From assembly GCA_964252035.1 (NCBI GenBank), contig CAXUOO010000139.1: 58,337 nt of DNA; one strand, written 5' to 3'. Below are positions 39,094 to 52,100 of this stretch, one piece after another. Within the stretch, counting starts at the first letter, position 1. Each line of letters opens with the position of its first letter. Position numbers and translations under genes: made by a program. The DNA comes from Podarcis erhardii (lineage: Eukaryota). The notes under the pieces were generated by a model, which did not search any database, had not been told where the DNA came from, and saw only the letters and a list, made by a program, of their open reading frames with translations.

Positions 39094-42000
39094 TATTCCA
39101 CGCATTTTTTTTTTTATGTGTGTATCTGCATGCGTAACGCTACGTCGCGACAGCGCGCCAATGGCCCACTAGGCCGTTCGCCGTAAACACCGGAACAGGT
39201 TAATTTAGAACCAGCCCGTCTACTAGACTTCAAAAATTTTTTCTGAATCTATTACAGCACCTGTATGTGGGCTCATTTTTCGTGGATGCAAATGTGTTTA
39301 TTGAGATGGATTTACATGCACATACCAAATTTATACGTGTACATACTATAATAAATATGCGTAAATCATACTCTAGGATTTATACAATTTTTTTTCGTGC
39401 AATCATATTTTCAAGATACAGGACAACTCTCTATTTTTCCAGACACAATGGAAAAGCTCTTCTGCCATTTCTGTAAACACAGATGCACTGCTGGGAAAGT
39501 ATTTTGCTTGCAAATTCATTCAATTTGATTCTTACACAGTACACGTGCATGGTCACTCCACAAAAAAGTTCTCTTCCATCTCAGAAATACTGTAAACTTG
39601 CATCGCTGAAAGCATCAAATTTGTGTAATTTTACTTACGAGTTTACCGTAGTTTGAAAATCTTATGCAGCAACGGCAGTCACCGTTCGAGTTTCCGTACA
39701 AAAAAGGAAATCTCGATGTAACGTCAGACATCAATGACAGACTTAGATAAATTCAAACAGATTCACAGTAGAATCAGTGGCATTTGTCCCTTGTGGCTAG
39801 ATGTCGGGCATAGTACTGCCAGCGCAAGCGTGCGACTACGGCTAAACCAACAAAAAAGTATACAGGGACATAAACAGTAGTCGACTCCTAGCGCTTCTAG
39901 GAAAAACCATTTGGCATGGCTTGAAAAAGGCAGGCGAAAAGCATGCACGTACGATCAACAAGTATCCGCTCCGCCGTTAAAAAAGAAAAGCATATTCAAC
40001 ACAGTACAAAAACAGTGAAGAAATCTGAGCTTCTCAACTGGCATTCGAAAATTAATAATCTTGATATTTGTGGTTATGGTGTGCGTCAGCCTATGCCCCA
40101 CGCAATGCGAATTTGCACAAACCCCTTCTATATTTTCATACCGCGAGGCAAGACAAGCATGAATAGTACAAAAGAGCACTCAGAGCTGTCTTGTAGAATC
40201 TGAATTATACTCTCGTATCTGCAGGGAAGCACGGGACACACAAAAATGGCTTAGTTGGCTTGATATTATTGAATGAACTAGACATGGAAAGCTGTACGGA
40301 GTAAGTGGCAATCTTCGACTCGCTTCGCGCACTTCCCTTCGAGCAGTAAGGGGTGTGAAAAGAGTATAGAAAGACGTGCACCGCTGTATAACCTCCCCCA
40401 AATGCTCCTGTGCACCGCGCATGCTGAAAAAAAGCATGTTGTTAATCCGTATATACTTGATTTTCGGGAAGGTTTGACGCCATGATGCTGCTGCGTGCTG
40501 AGCTTCAAGCCCTGTACTGCGCTCGACTGTCTCCTGGCAGTTGCGTGTCATATACGGATTCCGCGCCTGATTGTGCTCACCGCTAGCTGCGTATTCACAA
40601 GTTGCTCAGTCAGCTTAAGATTGAATATTAATATAACTAGTGTAGGTGTACCTCATTTGGAGAAGTCACTGCGCTGGACGGAGGGGCTGCTGTATGCTTC
40701 ATCACCTGCATATGAACCGGAGCAATGCTAAGGAATAATGTGCCGGTCGCAAGAAAAAGTTAGCCGGTACAGTGTGGGTTCTTACTGCAGCGCCACAAAC
40801 GTTACGCGCATTCTGGTCAGAGTTACGATAAATGACTACGACTTACAACTGCGCAAGCAAGCACGAATGTGGCTGTTATAAAACGAATTGCAAGTTGGAA
40901 CACCAGCTTCGCTTCGGCACATCGCCTCGTTTGTCAGAAGCACGAAAAAACCCTAATTCTGTTTTTCGATCACACCAAGGAATACTTGAGCCACTGTCCT
41001 CGTAATATAATCATTGTTGTGCTTGACACCCACTAGCTTTTCCGGATAACTCAAAAGTAATTGGCGCCTTTGTGATACACGCCATCACTAGTATCCTCAG
41101 CTATTTTTGCTTCTGAAATATGCTTGAGTCAGACAAAGATACATAAGTGGACTGGCAATTGAATTTCACCTACTATACACGCGGAGGGTGACTTGGAAAT
41201 AACAACGTATGCATACATATTCCGCTGTAGGTGAACCTGCTTATATCATACGAATATTCAGGAGCATCTGTCGCTACCGCTTGATAGCAAGTATAAAGCA
41301 CGCAGAAAGGATTGCTGCAATATCAAAATAGAAAAAGATCCGGACCGCTGCAAATCACTGCTCTCTGTGCAGCGTTGACTGCTGCAGCCATCCACAGAGG
41401 AAAACAAAACGCCTGCGGAGCTACACACCAAAACGAAGACTGCGAGACGTACAATAATTCAACCAGCCTTTTAAGCAGAAATAGTCAGACGAGCACCAAC
41501 TTTTCTCTAGGGATATACTCCTTTCCCTACATATACGACGAACCATCACCAATTCACAAATCCGCTGCATGAGACCGCGTAGCGTGGATATAACGACAGT
41601 CAAAGGGCCTAAATATAAATAGTACACATTGCAAAGTGTCACAAACTACGGGAAAGTCTAGTTCACTATTGATCAAGAGCGTAACAGCAGCACCGCGTCA
41701 AATTAATAATATGAAGAGTTATACATCCAACTTCCGCGTCACATGTATATATTTGGATGGACTCCCGATTTCCCACTGCGTGAATCTTTGCCAACGTTCG
41801 ATAAATACCATACAAAAAAATATTTAGCTAACACTCCTCGCTGAGCCGCAGAACGAAAGATTCAACTTGAGCGGGCCTCATTCACAGGGTTACATACATC
41901 CCTTTCTACAATTTGCAGTCTATGGTCCCAATAGGTCTGGAAGCTCTCCTCATTTTCTTCTACAATTGACCTTCATTGGGGCACTTCTTTGACAAAACGA

Positions 42001-43899
42001 CCTTTTATAAAGTCAACGCAAGACAAAGTTAGATCATGCTGTAATATAACGAGAATATGTAGCTTTGATCTAAAGAATGATGCTGTGAATTCCACATTTA
42101 TGTTCGCAGACGCTTTTTTGATATGATACGCTTGAAAATTTTCCTTTCCCCGTACCTCGCGCCAATGCAACCGAATAAGATGAGGTAACCTTTATAGAAA
42201 AGTAAGAAGCACACAAGAAGAGACTTTCTCTCTGTACTTGTGGCAGCAGTCAAAGTCAGGGAAGCAGCACCGTCCAGGCGCATAGATAGACAATAAATCA
42301 GTCGTTGCAGAAAACGCCCTCTTCTTTCCTACTGAGGAAACTGCATCCAATACTTTTCATGTTGACACACTTTGAATGAACATGTACATGAATTACGACC
42401 AAGGTGCATCCTGATGCCAAACAAGAGGAATTAAGCTGACAATGAACTATGGCACACGAAAAACCGAACCAGCGCATGCTGCACTGTTTTCGTCTGCAGA
42501 ACAACACGGGCGTTAATAAATCACAAGCCGCTGACAAGAAGCCGAAATATACAGCTGTCTTTTAAACAGGAGTGAACGATAAATGACTGCCATGCTAGCA
42601 GAATCCATTTACTGCAACAGAAACTCATGCATCTCCTACAGTCGACGTAGATGCAACTATCATAACTTCCAATTCTTGTCAAGTACGGCTTATGTGCAGA
42701 CATTTTTCCACAGAAGACGTCATGCGCCTTAGCCAACACTATACATAGCAAAGAGGATTTTAGGAAAAACATATGCTTGGCCTGTCTTTTATACCGAAAA
42801 GCACCTGAGTCAAGCCAAATCCGTTTAACGTCACCTGACTGTTGCTGCTGTTACTTCCCCACAACGGCGCATCACAGTGTCTCCCTCGAGCTGCCGCTGC
42901 GCGCTCACTAGAGGCAGTACACAAGTAAAAGAGCAGTAGTGGGATCAGATTTTGCTAGTAGGAGGTACTTTTGCTCGGCAGCGCTTAACAGCACCCCGTT
43001 ACGATTAAACATGAGGCATTTCCTGCGGGGAGTCGTAGCAGGCGTCATGCTGCTGGTACAGCGACATACGGAACTGGCCACTAGAGCAACCCTCAGCGTT
43101 TAAATAGTCCCTGTAACGGTATTGACCTTTTACATACAAAGAGACATGTCTTACATCAAATAACGCTGTTACAGCAGCGGGATGCCTTGCGTATAAGTTT
43201 ATGCTCGCTTGGTGCCTTTGGTTACTCTGCCATAGTTACTACTGGCTCCCTCACTCCCACCACAATTACGGTGTCCGAAGCTGAGGAGAAAATCTACCTG
43301 CCTTGCATAATTGCACACATTCATATGCATACCATAAGTATCGCAGTACACTATCGTGTCAACTAGTACTTGTACACTGGTGTTTGTACTTCTGTGTTAT
43401 GGTATGCAGAAATATCAACTTTGAGCGCCTGAGTACCTGTTTATCGAGAAAGGCATGGAAAAACAGGAAAATAAATAAGAACTTCAGAAAGCAACACCAG
43501 CAAGCCTATGTTTCTGGCATACTGCCTGCAATCATGAAAAAAAATTCATTTGAAACCGCAGGCAACACGTATTCTAGAAGAAGTCACCGCAGAATAAAGC
43601 GTCTGTAACGTCAGTCCTCCTACATCAAATCTCTCAGCTGTTATTTGATCGTTATGGTTCATTTAAACACGCAGCCACAGGCTCGCACCAGCAAAAAGTC
43701 CGACGCAGAGACGAGTGTGCTGCAAGTCAACCGGCAGGGTGGAACTTTAGGAAGTAAATTCACACTGTTACTGTCCGAGATGCCGAAGTACGAGCAGAAG
43801 CAAAGCTTTGTCCCTGTACTTCAAGAAAAGTAAAGTGCCGACAAGCGAAGAAGCATTTTATGCCAGAAAATGCCAGGAATACAATTGGAATTTGCACAC

Positions 43900-44873
43900 A
43901 AAAATAACTACTGTAGTGGCTGTCAAGGCACTTCAGAGCCAGCCAAACACTGCTGCTCTCCCTGGTGTTGATAGAGTGCTGATGATGCTGCGATATCGAC
44001 AGAGAAGAAAACCAACTCTCTCGTCGCGAGAAGGTGCGGCTTTTTTTGCTTTGGAAAGTTGCAAAAAGCAGACAACAACGGCCGCGGTTACAGCCATTCG
44101 TTGGGGTTGTGGTTGTGGCTGCTGTCGCCTGCTTCCAAACGAAAAAAGTTGTTCTCTGCAAGAATCGGCAGCGGTGGCTGCTCCTGTTGCTGCCACCCCG
44201 AGTGCATTCCGCTGCGGCTATAGCGCTGCAGCCCCAACACCAATAACAGTAAAACATGCCCTGCAATTGTGAAACGCGATTAGCAGATCTCACGTGCCTG
44301 CTTTTGTAAAGAATTACAAAAGCACGATTGGTTACTATGAGGCAGCGCATCTCGCTGCGCAACTGCTACTGCTGCTACACTTACGTCTCTTTCCAGAAGT
44401 TGTAGCCTTCCCTGATATGGTTGCTGTTTTTTCTCTTGCAGCTGTTCTTGCTGCAGCAGGCTAGATGAGGGTGACAGGCCGATATCCTGGTGCTGCAGCC
44501 GCAAGGCAGAAGCACTCGCCGCTGCTGCCTCATCTTTCCGCGCTGCGCACTCACCAGCAAAGACGCAGCAGCAAAAGTTTTAGAAGCATCCGCAGCAGCA
44601 ACAGAAAGTGCACATACTGTACGAGAGAGAAAAAAGTGAAGAGTTGCTTTTCCCACAAAAACATTACTTTTTCACATGTGGAACGGCGTGAAACAGTACG
44701 GGTGTGCTGACTTTAGTTAAGCCTCGCTCCATATACAGTTGAATTTAAGCACGCGTACGCCTGATCGAATCTATTGATTGAAAGATGCTTCACGTATACT
44801 AATATATACATGTATATTTGGTACGTACACGAAAGCACTACATAATGTTCAATGATACAAATATATGCATATG

Positions 44874-44917
<44 letters not shown>

Positions 44918-47900
44918 TGTACGTGAGGCTAGTCGCACAAATAAGAACGCCCACCACATAGATTGCGCTCGGCCATGGTTGATTGCAGTAGGCTGAGAGT
45001 CTCCGATCTAGCAGCAGCTTCTGGTAGACCGCAGCTGTCCGTAGGGTCCTGCAAGAACAAGCGCTTTTCTACTTTCCTCAGAGATCTTTTTGCGAACATC
45101 GGCAAGTGAGAGGTTTGCCGCTGGTGCTGTTGATGAGCCGACTGGCACCAAAAGGAAAAAGCAGGCTGCGACTGCTCCTCCTTCTCATGTGCCGGCTGGT
45201 CCACCACCTGCTGTTGTAATTGTGTAACTTCTTCACCGAGGCAATTTGAGGGCGAGGAAGGAAAGTTTTCTTGCTGCTTCTGCTTATAACGCAGACATGA
45301 TTCACGATGCAAAGAAAACAAACAGCTACCTTCTGTAGCTGTTTGACTGTGCTGCGTCTGCTGTTCATGCGGAAGTGTGTGCACCTCTCCCCATGCCGGC
45401 ATCTCTCGCTGCGGTGCTGCCACTGCTTTGTCCTGCTGCTGGTGCGACGAATCCTCTCGGTCCCTTTGTCCCACAGGGCAAGGCCTCGCACTACGGGGGC
45501 TGCGGGAATTGCTGCTGTAGCAGCTGCTGGTCTCGCAGTTTCTGCTTTTGTATGAGGCAGCGACGGCATACTGCTCTTCTCCCTTCTTTAGCTGCACCTT
45601 CAATCTTTTGCCGTGTACCTGCATGCACGTCACAAAAGCAGAGCTATCCTGCGCATGCACACTCAAACATTCATATACTAATACATGAGTGCATATGTAT
45701 ACGTAGTACCGTCAAAGAGACCAACAGTAGCATACTACCAGTTACGCCAATGCCCAACTATAATAAGAGTTCCAGTAAACGCGACAGACTCTTGCTGCTC
45801 AAACGCTCAGTTGCTGATACTGCGAAAGTTAACCAAAAGAAAGCACACCACCACCAGAAGCAGATAGACGCTGTTATCACTGCAGCATAACCTGGAAGCC
45901 GTTCATTGCAGAAACCGCGGCCACTGCAGCATCAACGTGAGCGAAACTAACAAAGCCGAAACCTCTATTTCTCCCTGTATGACGGTCAGCAGCGATTCTC
46001 GCTAAAACAACGGGCCCATATACAGCAAAGTGAGTTAGTAAATCTTTTTCAGTCCATTCGCTGGGAATGTGAAAGAGGAATATATTGGCTCCCGGAGGAC
46101 CATGTGCTTGATTCCCTTGAATTGAATATAGCGCTTCCGATGCGTCCATGCAACGGTGCCGGTGCACGTCCTGCTGCTGCTGCGAAACGTGCATCAGCGA
46201 GCGCATCATCGGCGCATCGCGCTGGCTGCCGTTTGAAAAAATTCTTGATTTGCAAGGGAGATCGGCCGCTCCTGGTCTTGTTCGGCAGGGACTACTCTTT
46301 GGATAATTCGGTGAAGTGAAAGAGAGTGGAAGGGGCGTTCTCTGTTGCAGCGGTGGCAGTCTCTCACTTGCCGATGCAGAAATTTCGAGCAACAAGTTTT
46401 TCTGCTGGTCACGAGTGTGCGAAATTGCTCCTTGGGAAGGCGCTTTCTGCTGTTGTTGCTGAAGCAGTTCTTTCGGCAGATATTTCTCTTTCTTCCTGCT
46501 CTCATTTAATGTTGTACGCGGTGCTCGATTCTGCTGCTGTTGCTGCTGCTGTGCTGCAGTTTGTATGCAGTGCCCTACAGCGGCGGCAGCAGCGGCGGAA
46601 AACGGTAAGATAGGAGTTTTTCCTTTGTTGCGCTTCCGCGCTTGTTGAAGTGTTGAATAGCTGCTTCCTGTTGTCTCTGGGGAATGGTATCCGAAGATAG
46701 TTCCAGCGGCATTCGCTTCTATCAAGGGGATAACGTCGGTGTCTTTAGACGCTGCCAACATCGTATCTGCGTCTCTTATGCTTTGCCAGGATGCCTTTTT
46801 GCTGGCTTCTCCTCCGAAATCTATTCCTGGCAATGATGCACGCTCTAGTTGGTGACTCACGAAAGGCACATCTTTGCGTCGATCCAGTTTGCTTATAGCT
46901 GCAGCCGCTGTAGAAGTGCTATATTTCTTTAGGTCAGATAGAAGGAAGCAGAGGTCATATTTCGCTTCGCTGAAGCTCTGAGTTTGCTGTTGCTGTGAAC
47001 GAGCAGGAGCAGTAGTAACGGCCCGAGCACTGTTGAGTGTTGTTGCCACAGGTTGCTGCTGCATCACGCGCGCCACCATTTCTGCAGTTGTTGCTACGCC
47101 CGTTTCCCCTGCTTTGCTTTCTTTGGAGATGCTTTGATGTTTCCCCGAGAGTTTCTGCTCGTGCAGCTGCCAATTCTCCAGATAGGAAGAGCCACTGAAA
47201 AGCCCCAGACGAGCTGCCATATCTGCCAGTAGTGCAATATCGTCCTTCGCAGAAAAATCGCTCTCGCTTCTTCCTTTCTGTGCTGTTGCTTCTGGATCCT
47301 CAAGGCTGCTGTCTCCGTTGTGTTTGTCGCCGCATATCTTGTTCCCTCCCATCAGAGTCCACCTCCTCCCCCACCTAAGTAGGAGTGTGCTGATGATTTT
47401 GCATTGCCGCTGCTGTCCACACTGCTGCCAATGTTGCTGTGCATGCCTCTGCTGCTGCTTCTACTATTTTGTGGGTAAAAAAGACTGCTGCAACAGCTAT
47501 GTTCATTCAAATCACCAATTTGCTGCTGCCTGGAGGAAGCGATTGCTGTTGTCAGGGTGCCGACAGCGACAGGTAACAGCGAGCCGGAAACCGCATTCTG
47601 GTTCTGCTGCTGTTCTTTCTGCTTTTGACTGAGAAGCTTATGCGAGAGTTTCACTGCTGCCGCTGCTGACTCATTGCCCGCACTGGAATGCACGGAGGGG
47701 TGAAGGAGGCGGAGCAGAATATACTTGCTGCTGCTGTACGTTGGAGCTGCTTCTTTTGAAAATTTCGAGGGTGCCATGTGCATCGCTGCTTCTACTTCCG
47801 CATCTCGGCGCTTCTTTCCAGCCTTCTTGCATATTATAGCCCGACTCGTCCCACCGACTGTGTCGAACTCGATCTTCGACTCCTTTTTCGACTCTGTTCA

Positions 47901-49150
47901 ACGCACCCTCAACTTGCTCGCGCTCGTTTTGCTGCTGAGGACTATTGTACGGTGTAGCTTCTGCAGGCATATATGGAAGGACACTGGCAGACGGCGTGTT
48001 CACCAGTTGCGGATGCTGAACAGAAACAGAACCTTCGAGCAGCGGAAGCATCTTTTCCTCGAGGTGAGCGAAGCTGCCTTGTAGCAGCTGTTGTTGTCGC
48101 GCGGCCAAGAGCCTATTCCTGCAAATCATTTTCGCTGCTACGCTGTACACGGAAGATATTGCCCCAGCTGCTGGCGGAGACATACACTGCGTGCCCGATA
48201 AAAAGCTGCTGCTGTTACTGCTATCGTTAATTGTATCTGCTGCTGGCGTAAGAGTGAACGAAGAAGAAGCAGCAGCCGCAGTACTGCGCCGTAAGGCACT
48301 TTCCGTCTGGACGTCATCATACAAACCCCTGCTCTTTGCCCCATACAATCTGCTGCTGCTCAGTGCATGTCGCTGCTCCTTTCCATTTGACCAAGCAGCT
48401 GTACCAGGAAACCGCAAAGCTCCTGCTGCTCCACCGGGATATGCACCACCACCAGCAGCAGCGTCTCTGCATGCACTTCCCCCATTTGGGCGGCGACTCT
48501 CCGCAAACCGCACTTCCAGTGCGCGCGTTGCACCTGCGGCAGCAAGCAAGTACGAAAGCGGCAGCGTTAAAAGAGTTAAGAGCAGCAGCAGCATTCTGTG
48601 GTGATGCGCAAACTCCAGCCGTAGCGGTCAACGTGTCACCAGCAGTACTATAATCTGCAGCAACGATTGCTGTGGAAGCAGCAGGAGTATGTGTAACAGC
48701 AGCCATCAATGTGCATGAGGAACAGCAGAAGGAGCACAACTATCTTTATGATCAGCTTCAACACTTTATGTTTACGCAGCGTTAACAGTACCATATGCCA
48801 ACGCACAGCAGCAACAGCAGAGACAATGAAGTGCAAGTCTTCAGAAGCACACCTGACAGGAAGCATGGTGTTATTAGCAGCGGCAGCGTTCACTGATTGC
48901 ACAGCAAAAGCACCAGAGGCACTAGCAGAAGTAAAGCGTAAGCAACAGCACCAGCAGTTGCACGAAGTACGGTGCAAGCGGCACTATGAGGAGATTTAGT
49001 AGGCACGAGCATCACACATCAGCAGCATCATTTGCAAAAAACTACAAAACAAACCGCAACAGCGCTCTTCACAGTAGAATAGGGCATCAACCAAACGCAG
49101 CCTTCTCTACACTAGTCACGGTTCAATAGCTGTAAATCGTGTGTGTAATT
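43900..49150 (-). repeat. CAG/GCA-rich low-complexity zone encoding poly-Q/A/S tracts in the CELF linker and C-terminus
   Basis: Dense short (CAG)n/(TGC)n runs; translations contain QQQQQQQ, AAAAAA and SSS tracts. Confidence 0.8.
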
Positions 49151-52100
49151 GTAACTTGCAGCAGCAACAGCATTTGGTATATGAATAGACAAATAAAATT
49201 TGCGAATTACAGAAGCGATGTATCACTTTCCGCTCACAGCAGTACTAATCAGTATGTAATTGACAGCAGTAGTGCTTGCTAGCAAAGTCGCATGAGAAAC
49301 TGTGCCTTCACGTCGCACGAACAACAGTGTTTCACGATGACAATAGTAGCAGTAGCACGTATAAAAGGGAAAAACACTTGATCCTACACAGCGGCAGAAA
49401 CACTTCTCTGTGCCTACAACAGCAGCAATAGCACTACTGAGCGATCGCAGCAGCAGTATATTACACGGATTTCTAGATGCGGGTCTAAGGTGCTGAAGGA
49501 AAAACAGAGTGTAGATATGTACCAATTTGAATGCAATGCCAAATTTACATACCTACATACACACAGGTAAAAATACCTAGAGGAATGTCTATATTCACAC
49601 ACATAAGTAAACATATACATCCAAACATTAGCAGAAATCTGACACAAATTACACTCTATGAGTCGCTCTTGTCAAGCAAAGAGCCAATCTAGTAACTGTA
49701 TTACAGCCAATGCCTCCCACCAGCATTCTTACCGGTGTGTGTCCGAGACCTATTGCGACTTCATCACTGTAAGAAAGCGCTTCGATTTGTACCGCAGCTG
49801 GTTCCTTACGCGCCTCGTGCTTAAGAATTTTAACAGGTACCAGTGCAGCCTATCACATATGCACTTGATTGTATAAAGGTATGCGGCTAAGGTGCGAAAA
49901 AGTAAATTGTACTTTGCTTGTAGGTATTACTTTTTATACGAAATAAGTAGTATACATATGCACATAGTATGCATATATACAATTCTGAGTACCAGATAAG
50001 TATTTATTTTCTTATTTGTCGTGAATGCATAGAAATATATATATATATATATATATGTATGAAAACATAAATGTAAGTAAGTGCACATATGCACACGTAT
50101 GTGCATGTGTGTTACTCGCATCGATGTTCATATAAACACATATCCACGTGCAAGCCTGTGCGTGTGAGTGTATATATATATATATATATATATATAAGCA
50201 GCTGATTTGGACCTGGCATAACATAGCGTCCGTCCAAGTGTTTGATGGCGTCGAAGGCGTCGTCTTTATGGGCAAAGCGTACAAACGCGCAACCTGTCCG
50301 ACTGCGTACACCAGGGGCCCCAGTTGCATGGCAAAGCTTTATGCTGCTGCTATTATGAAGGTGGGGTTCATCTCGCATGATAAAAACTTCTTCTACCGAA
50401 CCGAACTGCTCAAAGATTCTGCGCAGCTGCAACACACAGCGCATATTGACCGCACACACCGCCATTAATATACACACTGATTATAAAAACATATCGTTGC
50501 AATGCACTGCGTTCGTAAGTAGAACCATATAAAAATACGCATAAAAAACCACGCGGAAAGTTTAGCATCCACAAGGAAAACCTTGAGTAGCAGCAATAAC
50601 AGCAGCAGCAGCAACTGAAAAACGCAGGGTCGACGAGAAGTGTTTCATATAATGTTAGCAGTCCCTTGCATCGAATGATTTTTCAACGTGAAAATTCAAA
50701 AATGCAGCAGTTGAATTTATTAGCAAGGAGCGACAAAGGCAGCTCTAGCGACAACTACAACGACATCAGCAGCATCGTTTTCCTACTGCGACGCACCCAA
50801 ACCTGCTTTACTCAAAAGATTATGAAAGACACTTAAAGGGAGAAAGAGAGGGGGAGAAGTCAAGAAGAGAGGAGCAAAGCGGACGAAAGAAGAGAGACAA
50901 AAAAATACCTCAATACTGTACCAGTTGGTGTAAGGTAACCTTTGCTCAGATAAAGGTAGGTTAGGGTCAGACAACAAGCAATCACCTAAGAGTGGCAAAG
51001 CCTTCTAGAGATCCTCCCTGAGCTTTGACAAACAATAACAGCCTAAAATGAATGCTCGAAACCAACGAGCGACCAGCAACACGCACTGCTGAAATAATAA
51101 TAAGTTTATACTCTCATAGAAACATTCTGGTGTTCCTTAAAAACACAAGCTTTATTACGAATGTCACAAAAGTCCCAAACTAATAGGAACGGACATCATC
51201 AGTGGTTTGTTTTACCTTCATGTATTTTTGCTCTTCTAATACATAAACGTTTATATGTATTTATACATATATATATATATGTATATATGCACACACATGG
51301 CAATTGAAGCGAGCCTCACATCATGTACTTTGATTGAAGAATCACATACATCATTCACAGGGTAATTATCTACCCGTATTTCAAACGGAAGCTGCTAAAG
51401 TGAGCCGCGTAGTTTTCTGCGGCACTCGTATAAAACAAGTGTACGTACCCGTGCAGGCAAGTGCACATATGGGCGTTGCTCTCATTCAGGGAGGTCTCTA
51501 CAAGAAAATAGAGCTACGTAAAGTGATCGAGAAAAAAATTTTTTGATTGTAAATTGTGCAGGTGTCTTAGAGTGCGTGTATGTGTATTTACATGTAATTT
51601 TACTATATTTGTAAGCGTATATTTATGTCTATACATTTAAGGTTTAGTACACGTATAAAGGCAAGCAAGCGCTTGACTTGAAATCGAGACAGAGTTGCGT
51701 ATGCCGTTCTTAGGATTCGGAATGAATCTACCAACTCGTTCTGAATATTAGTGTGACACGATGGTCCGCACTCTGCTAACATATCTATTGCGGATGCTGC
51801 TGCCGCTGCAGCACCCTCCGGTGCTGCTTTTTCTACTGGTGCAGATCTCGGGTAGCTTTCGCTGATGCCGCTGCTGCTGCTCTTTCCGGCAAGCACTTGC
51901 CTCATCCTGTCGCACATCTAAAGGAAGAGATCCGACAAATAGCTTTGCTCTATTCACACCTGCCGCGATTCTGCCCACGTTATTGAATGGCTGTCTAAGA
52001 CGCTTAAACTCTCCTCTCAAACACTTCACCTGCAACGGTGCACACCCCTGCAGCAATAAGGGCAGTTACAAAATCCACTTCTTTGAAATAAAGAATTTGT

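Noticed and set aside
45307-48999. Plus-strand ORFs rich in L/C/A overlapping the CELF gene
   Set aside because: Antisense shadows of CAG-rich coding sequence; no domains and no splice support.
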